64,000 bases of DNA. It comes from Candidatus Melainabacteria bacterium (GTDB lineage: Bacteria; Cyanobacteriota; Vampirovibrionia; 2-02-FULL-35-15). Position numbers and translations under genes: made by a program. The stretch is from the NCBI GenBank assembly GCA_016193285.1, contig JACPSL010000025.1:58523-122522 (forward strand), in the 5' to 3' direction. This document shows, in pieces, positions 58,013 through 64,000 of this stretch (position 1 is its first letter; each line of letters begins with the position of its first letter). The notes beneath the pieces are model-generated. The model ran no database searches and had not been told where the DNA came from. It saw nothing but the letters and a program-made list of their open reading frames with translations.

Positions 58013-59083
58013 ATGTTAAAGGCTGTAATTGTTGGTTGTGGATCTATAGCTAATAAAAAGCACATAGGTGCATTTTTAAAATTAAAAGGCTTAGTAGAGT
58101 TAGTTGCTGTTTGTGACTTAGATGAAGAATCAGCAAGGAGAACAGCTAGTAAATTTAAAATAAAAAGTTATTATACAAATCTACAAGAAATGATTTCCAA
58201 GGAAGCACCTGACATTGTTGATATTTGTACATCACCACAAACACATGCACAACTTGTAGTTCAATCATTAGAAGGAGGAAGTAATGTTATTGTTGAAAAA
58301 CCAGTTGCCTTAACAGTAAAAGATTGTGATCTAATGATAGAAACATCTTTAAGATGTAAAAGGAAGTTGGGTGTAATTCATAACCAACTATTTAATCCTG
58401 CTATTAAAGCTGCACAGAAACTTTTAAATGAAGGTGAAATTGGTACATTCCTTGGAATGGAAATCTTTCTTTCTACTCCAAGAAATTGTATGGTTTCAGT
58501 AAAGGATCATTGGGCTCATAAATTATCTGGTGGAATCTTTAATGAAACAAGTCCTCATAGTGTGTACTTAGCAAATGCTTTTCTTGAGCATATATATGAT
58601 GTAAATATTTCTAGTAAGAAAATTTTTAGCCAATATCCTTGGTCTAGTTCAGAAGATTTTAGAATAATATTAAATGCTGAAAATGGAATATGTTCTATAA
58701 CTCAAATATTTGGCAGCAACCAGTGGGCTGCAGATGTTAGTTTATTTGGTACAAAAGGCATATTAAAAATTGATCTTCAAACCAAATCAGTTTTTAAATA
58801 TGATAGAAAGACTCTAAGTGTATTTCCATTAGGATTGTCAGTGTTAAAAGATATTTTTCAAAGCTTTAAATTAATTTTAAGTAACTGTTTAAAATATTTA
58901 TTTTTCAGAAATTTAGATGCACATGAAATCGCTATTAAAGAATTTGTTGAGTGTGTAATAAATAATAAACCTTTTCTTGTTGACATTAGAGATGCTAGAG
59001 AAACTGTAAGACTAATAGAGATGCTTGTTAAAAAATTGGAGGATAAAAAACAATTTGAAGTATCATCTAGGCAACGTTCGTGA
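58013..59083 (+). CDS. Gfo/Idh/MocA-family oxidoreductase
   Basis: N-terminal Rossmann fold VIVGCGSIANKKH. Confidence 0.7.
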   Translation: MLKAVIVGCGSIANKKHIGAFLKLKGLVELVAVCDLDEESARRTASKFKIKSYYTNLQEMISKEAPDIVDICTSPQTHAQLVVQSLEGGSNVIVEKPVALTVKDCDLMIETSLRCKRKLGVIHNQLFNPAIKAAQKLLNEGEIGTFLGMEIFLSTPRNCMVSVKDHWAHKLSGGIFNETSPHSVYLANAFLEHIYDVNISSKKIFSQYPWSSSEDFRIILNAENGICSITQIFGSNQWAADVSLFGTKGILKIDLQTKSVFKYDRKTLSVFPLGLSVLKDIFQSFKLILSNCLKYLFFRNLDAHEIAIKEFVECVINNKPFLVDIRDARETVRLIEMLVKKLEDKKQFEVSSRQRS

Positions 59084-60807
59084 TTATTTTAGGAGTAAAT
59101 GCATATCACAGTGATTCATCAGCTTGTCTTTTAATTGATGGAAAGATAGTTAATGCAATAGAAGAAGAAAGATTTAAACGAATAAAACACTGGGCTGGCC
59201 TACCAATACAATCAATTTCATGGTGTTTAGCAAATGCAAATCTTACTATTCAAGATGTTGACTACATTGCAATTTCTAGAAATCCACTTGCTCATATACA
59301 CAAAAAAGTTTTTCGTACTTTAACTAATTTATCAATGCATAAGTTTATAAGATCAAGGTTTGAAAATATAATCCATCTAAGTAATATTAAAAGTGAAATA
59401 GCTAAAGGATTAAATATTCATGAGTCTTTAATAAAAGCAAAAATTCAAAATATTGAACATCATATAGCACACATTGCTAGTGCTTTTTATGTATCTCCAT
59501 TTGAAGAAGCTGCTTGTTTGTCTGTTGATGGATTTGGTGATTTTGTAAGTACTATGAGAGGATTAGCTACTAGTAATAAAATTAAAATATTTGACTTTGT
59601 AGAATATCCGCACTCGCTTGGAATATTTTATAGTGCACTGACTCAATATCTTGGCTTTTGGGAATATGGAGATGAGTATAAAGTAATGGGATTATCAGCA
59701 TATGGTGAACCTGTTTATTTAAATGAAATGAGAGAAATCGTTAAATTACAAAGTAACGGACTTTTTAAGCTAGATACTTCTTTTTTTACTCATGATAAAG
59801 AAGGTGTAGAAATGTTTTGGAATAATGAAAAACCAGTAATTGGGAAATTATTTTCAGATAAGTTAATTAAAACTTTTGGTGAAGCAAGAAAAGAAGATAT
59901 TGCAGCTTCACTTCAAGCTATGTATGAAGAAGCATTTTTTCATTTGCTTAATGATACTTATAAAAAAACTAAAGTGGATACAGTTGTTTTAGCTGGAGGT
60001 TGTCTCCAAAACTCTCTTGCAAATGGAAAAATTTATAAAAGAACTCCTTTTAAGAAAGTATATATTCCGCCAGCATCTTATGATGCTGGTACTGCTATTG
60101 GTGCAGGGATGGTAGCTTGGAATAAAAGAGGTAATACCCTAAAAAGATTTGAAATGAAACATTCATACTTTGGCCCATCTTTTAGTGAAGAAGAAATTGA
60201 GTTTGAGATTGAAAAAGTACGCAGTGAGCTAAATAAATCAGGTTTTATAGTTAAGTTTATAGCTAGTGAAGATGTTTTATGTAATAAAGTTGCTAAGCAT
60301 ATTGCAAGTGGAATGATAGTTGGCTGGTTTCAAGGAAAAACTGAATGGGGACCACGAGCATTAGGCAATAGAAGTATACTTGTTGATCCAAGAAAAAAAG
60401 AAATGAAAGAAATATTAAATGAAAGAATAAAAAGAAGAGAGTGGTTTCGACCTTTTGCTGCGTCAATAATTGAAGAAAAAGCAAGAGAGTGGTTTGACTA
60501 CTATGAGCCGGTACCATTTATGGAGAAGGTATATTACATAAAAAAAACCAAACAAGATTTAATACCAGCAGTTTGTCACATTGATGGAACAGGAAGACTA
60601 CAAACAGTTTCTTATAATTTGAATCCAAGGTATTACAAGCTTATTAAAGGATTTGATGAATTAACAGGAATCCCAATTCTTTTGAATACCTCGTTTAATG
60701 ATAATGAACCTATTGTCAATTCACCTAATGAAGCTTTAAGATGTTTTTTAGCTACAAAAATGGATGTTTTAGTATTAGAAAATTTTTTAATATCTAGTAA
60801 TGAATAA
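59080..60807 (+). CDS. carbamoyltransferase (NodU/CmcH family)
   Basis: N-terminal ILGVNAYHSDSSACLL and a conserved C-terminal domain; 575 aa. Confidence 0.75.
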   Translation: MIILGVNAYHSDSSACLLIDGKIVNAIEEERFKRIKHWAGLPIQSISWCLANANLTIQDVDYIAISRNPLAHIHKKVFRTLTNLSMHKFIRSRFENIIHLSNIKSEIAKGLNIHESLIKAKIQNIEHHIAHIASAFYVSPFEEAACLSVDGFGDFVSTMRGLATSNKIKIFDFVEYPHSLGIFYSALTQYLGFWEYGDEYKVMGLSAYGEPVYLNEMREIVKLQSNGLFKLDTSFFTHDKEGVEMFWNNEKPVIGKLFSDKLIKTFGEARKEDIAASLQAMYEEAFFHLLNDTYKKTKVDTVVLAGGCLQNSLANGKIYKRTPFKKVYIPPASYDAGTAIGAGMVAWNKRGNTLKRFEMKHSYFGPSFSEEEIEFEIEKVRSELNKSGFIVKFIASEDVLCNKVAKHIASGMIVGWFQGKTEWGPRALGNRSILVDPRKKEMKEILNERIKRREWFRPFAASIIEEKAREWFDYYEPVPFMEKVYYIKKTKQDLIPAVCHIDGTGRLQTVSYNLNPRYYKLIKGFDELTGIPILLNTSFNDNEPIVNSPNEALRCFLATKMDVLVLENFLISSNE

Positions 60808-61825
60808 TATTGATTGGAAAAAACAAAGTGTTTTAGTTACAGGAGGTGCTTCCTTTATTGGCTCTAATTTAGTTGATGCCTTAATTACAAGAGGTGCATC
60901 AGTACGTGTTGTTGATGACCTGTCAAGTGGAAAGCTAGAAAATATTCAAGAACATATTACAAATAAAAAAGTTGAATTTATAAATGGTGATCTAAGAGAG
61001 CAAGATATTTTAAAAAAGTCCTTTAAAGATATGGATATTGTTTTCCATTTGGCAGCAGATCATGGGGGTAGAGGTTATGTAGACTTACATCAAGCTGGTC
61101 CAGCTTCAAATTTATTTCTTGATGGCCTTGTTTTTTATGAGGCTGTTAAAGAAAAAGTCCATAAAGTTATTTATGCTTCTAGTGGTTGTGTTTATCCAAA
61201 TTATATTCAGTCTGATGTTACAAAAGAAATTTATTTAACTGAGGATAAAGTTGGTCCTCCTTATGATGCTGACAATATGTACGGCTGGGCAAAACTAATG
61301 GGTGAATTAACTTTAAAAGCATATTATAAAGAATATGGCTTAAAAGCTGCTTCTTGTCGGTATTTTACAGTGTACGGCCAACGTGGTGTAGAGAATCATG
61401 CACTTCTTGCAATGATTGCTAGAGCATTTATTAAGCAGGATCCATTTGAGGTTTGGGGTGATGGTAATCAAATCCGCAACTGGACATATATAGATGATAT
61501 TGTAAGTGGTACGATTTTAGCTTGTGAAAAAATAAATGATGGTACAGCTATAAATTTAGGCACTATGGAAAGAAACCGAGTTATAGATGCAGTAAATATT
61601 ATTCTTGAATATACTAAGCATAAGCCAAAAATAAAATTTAAACCAGATATGCCAACAGGGCCATTAAATCGTGTAGCTGATAATTCATTAGCAAAAAAGA
61701 TTTTAAGCTGGCAACCAAAGATAATGTTACAAGAAGGATTGAAAAAGACTATTGACTGGTATTTTTCTACAAGAAATAAAAATAAAGTAGCAAGCAATCT
61801 AGAAGCTATATTAACTACGCGCTAA
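60800..61825 (+). CDS. NAD-dependent epimerase/dehydratase (UDP-glucuronate decarboxylase-like)
   Basis: VLVTGGASFIGSNLVDAL and a YxxxK-type SDR core. It shares the operon with ugd. Confidence 0.7.
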   Translation: MNNIDWKKQSVLVTGGASFIGSNLVDALITRGASVRVVDDLSSGKLENIQEHITNKKVEFINGDLREQDILKKSFKDMDIVFHLAADHGGRGYVDLHQAGPASNLFLDGLVFYEAVKEKVHKVIYASSGCVYPNYIQSDVTKEIYLTEDKVGPPYDADNMYGWAKLMGELTLKAYYKEYGLKAASCRYFTVYGQRGVENHALLAMIARAFIKQDPFEVWGDGNQIRNWTYIDDIVSGTILACEKINDGTAINLGTMERNRVIDAVNIILEYTKHKPKIKFKPDMPTGPLNRVADNSLAKKILSWQPKIMLQEGLKKTIDWYFSTRNKNKVASNLEAILTTR

Positions 61826-61830
61826 CTGCT

Positions 61831-63048
61831 ATGAACATCTTATTTTTTAATCGTACTTTTAGTTCTAATACTGATGCTACTGGTCAATTTTTACTAGAAC
61901 TTTGTGAAGACTTAGTTAGTTATGGTAACCACGTTACAGTTGTAACTAGTTCATTAAGTCATTTAGATGCTCCTTTAATTAGGTTTTATTTAAAAAAAGA
62001 GAATTATAAATCAATTGAAGTTATTAGAGGATATGGGACTAAACTTCCCAAAAATATATTGCTTTTTCGTCTTATAAATCTTGCTACTTATTTTATTCTT
62101 GCTTTTTTAGGAGGACTATTAGTAAAAAAAAGACCAGATATTATTGTTGCTACAACAGATCCCCCGCTATTAGGTTTATTAGGTATATTTTTTTCTAAGT
62201 TATATAAAGCAAAGTTTGTTTATTCTTGTAAGGACATCTATCCAGAAATAGGGATAATAACTGGTAAGTTAAAAGATCCTTTCTTGAATTTTTTGCTTGA
62301 AAAAGTAAACTTGTTGTCTTTTAAAAGTGCAAACAAAATCGTTTCTCTTGGAGAAGATATGAAAAAAATTCTTATAAAGAAAGGTATAGATGAAGAAAAA
62401 ATTGCTGTAATGCATGACTGGGCAGATACTAAAAATCTTTATCCTGTTTTGCCTGAAAATAATCCTTTTAGACTTAAATATAATTTACAGAATTTCTTTA
62501 CAGTTATGTACTCAGGAAACATTGGTTTAACACAAGCTTTAGAAAAAGTAATTGATGTGGCTGTTTTTTTAAAGGATAAAAATGAAATTAAGTTTATTTT
62601 TATTGGTGATGGTGTTAATAAAGCAAGTCTCCAAAGAAAAGTAAGCAATCTTAAACTTAATAATGTAATTTTTCTATCATATCAGTCTGGAGAAGAGCTT
62701 AAATATTCTTTAAGTGCACCTGACATTCATTTAATTCCATGTCTTAAAGGTTTAACAGGAGTTATTGTTCCAAGTAAAATCTATGGAATTATTTCTTGTG
62801 GTAAGCCATTTATAGCATGGGTAGATGATGAATCAGAAATTAGTAAAATTGCAAAAGAATATAATTGTGGAATTGTTGTTCCACCAGAAGATGTAAATGC
62901 TATGACTTGTGCAATTGAATGGTCGCAAAGACATAAAGAAAGATTATGTGAAATGGGACAAAATGGCAGGGAAACTGCAATTAAATATTTTGACAGAAAG
63001 ATTAGTACTAGTAAGTTTAATGAACTACTTTTAAAACTCCAGGAATAA
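61831..63048 (+). CDS. glycosyltransferase, GT4-like
   Basis: GT-B C-terminal domain pattern. Confidence 0.6.
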   Translation: MNILFFNRTFSSNTDATGQFLLELCEDLVSYGNHVTVVTSSLSHLDAPLIRFYLKKENYKSIEVIRGYGTKLPKNILLFRLINLATYFILAFLGGLLVKKRPDIIVATTDPPLLGLLGIFFSKLYKAKFVYSCKDIYPEIGIITGKLKDPFLNFLLEKVNLLSFKSANKIVSLGEDMKKILIKKGIDEEKIAVMHDWADTKNLYPVLPENNPFRLKYNLQNFFTVMYSGNIGLTQALEKVIDVAVFLKDKNEIKFIFIGDGVNKASLQRKVSNLKLNNVIFLSYQSGEELKYSLSAPDIHLIPCLKGLTGVIVPSKIYGIISCGKPFIAWVDDESEISKIAKEYNCGIVVPPEDVNAMTCAIEWSQRHKERLCEMGQNGRETAIKYFDRKISTSKFNELLLKLQE

Positions 63049-63090
63049 TAGCAAGTTTAAGAACTGGCAAAGTAGTCAAGGGTTGTCCTT

Positions 63091-64000
63091 TTACAACTTT
63101 TCTCGTGAAAATAGCTTGAGATAATCGCGATAAATAAATCTTTGGTAACGACTTCGACCAGTTATCTCATGTAATATTTCAGCTTTTGTAAACTTTTCTA
63201 TAAGTGAACTGATATTTCCCCTAGAAAACAGTCCAGAAAATTTACCAACTAATTTAGCATCTACAATTGGACTAGAATAAAGCTTATTTAAAAGAGCTAA
63301 AGCTGTTTTAGCGTTTCTGCCAAAGGTTGATACCTTTTTCATATGTTCTTCTCTAAGCCTTGAAATTTTTAGCGCTGTTTCCACTGCTTCGTTTGAAACT
63401 ATTTTTACTCCCTCAAGGAAATATTTTAACCAGCTGCTCACACCATCTTTGGCTCTGTATTCATTTAACTTGTTGTAATAATCTGTTCTATATTTATTAA
63501 AATAATCAGAAAGATATAATAAAGGTTTGTTTAATATATTCTCATTAATAAGATATAGTGTAATCAATAACCTTCCTATCCTTCCATTGCCATCTAAAAA
63601 TGGATGGATAGTTTCAAATTGAGCATGTATTATTCCTGTTTTAATTAACTCTGGTAATCCATGACTTTTGTCATGGATAAATTTTTCTAAATCATTTAAT
63701 GCTTTTTGCATTTCAGGTACTGTAGGAGGTACAAAAATCGCTGTTTGCAATGTTGCTCCTCCAATCCAGTTTTGGCTTCTTCGAAATTCTCCTGGTAATT
63801 TATGATGTCCTCTAACTCCATGTAGAAGTTCTTTATGAATTTCTTTTATTAGTCTAAGTGATAGGGGCAAACTTTTTAATCTTTTTATCCCATAATTCAT
63901 TGCTTTTACATAATTTTTAACTTCACCAACATCAGAAGGAGGTTTTTCATCTTCTAATTTTGCTTCAGCTTTAATTAAATCTATTAAGGTAGCTTGTGTT
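63091..64000 (-). CDS. Fic-family protein (5' end lies outside the window)
   Basis: Fic motif HPFLDGNGRIGR. The frame stays open to the window edge upstream of the tracked Met. Confidence 0.8.
   Translation of the reverse strand, partial: TQATLIDLIKAEAKLEDEKPPSDVGEVKNYVKAMNYGIKRLKSLPLSLRLIKEIHKELLHGVRGHHKLPGEFRRSQNWIGGATLQTAIFVPPTVPEMQKALNDLEKFIHDKSHGLPELIKTGIIHAQFETIHPFLDGNGRIGRLLITLYLINENILNKPLLYLSDYFNKYRTDYYNKLNEYRAKDGVSSWLKYFLEGVKIVSNEAVETALKISRLREEHMKKVSTFGRNAKTALALLNKLYSSPIVDAKLVGKFSGLFSRGNISSLIEKFTKAEILHEITGRSRYQRFIYRDYLKLFSREKL

Noticed and set aside
1-64000. tRNA, rRNA, tmRNA or RNase P genes
   Set aside because: Scanning the intergenic regions for GTTCGAAT-type T-arms and GC-rich cloverleaf-sized segments found none. 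The only GC-rich non-coding segment (40982..41114) does not fit a tRNA.

Overview
This is a low-GC (~30%) bacterial chromosomal window. The small ~365-aa S1, the NIL-ferredoxin, speH, the abundant PIN/DUF104-type modules and the large glycan island suggest a marine picocyanobacterium-like genome; this is inference and unverified. Positions 1-26.8 kb are ordinary core genes (pyrG 3' end, hisB, purF, speH, fabF, rpsA, SEDS FtsW/RodA, moeB, fumC, ribF, carB, aroE, murE), plus a frameshifted RelE/ParE TA pair. Positions 26.8-41.1 kb are a mainly minus-strand accessory island with three parts. First, a cassette-like array of toxin-antitoxin modules: three paralogous PIN + small basic protein pairs and a DUF4258-like + YgiT zinc-finger pair, each followed at its 3' end by a ~45-nt conserved repeat. 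Second, a five-gene minus-strand operon of large uncharacterised proteins. One of them carries a clear caspase/metacaspase-like His-Gly ... Asp-Ser-Cys catalytic signature. The operon also contains, and is divergently paired with, two paralogous glycine-zipper membrane proteins. Third, a second repeat family that copies a promoter plus a 9-13-codon DUF104-antitoxin stub in front of unrelated genes. Positions 41.1-63.0 kb are a 20-gene plus-strand polysaccharide biosynthesis island (gmd, ugd, Wzx, Wzy-like, 8 glycosyltransferases, asnB, carbamoyltransferase) preceded by a GC-rich structured leader, and the window ends in a partial Fic gene. No rRNA, tRNA or CRISPR array was recognised.
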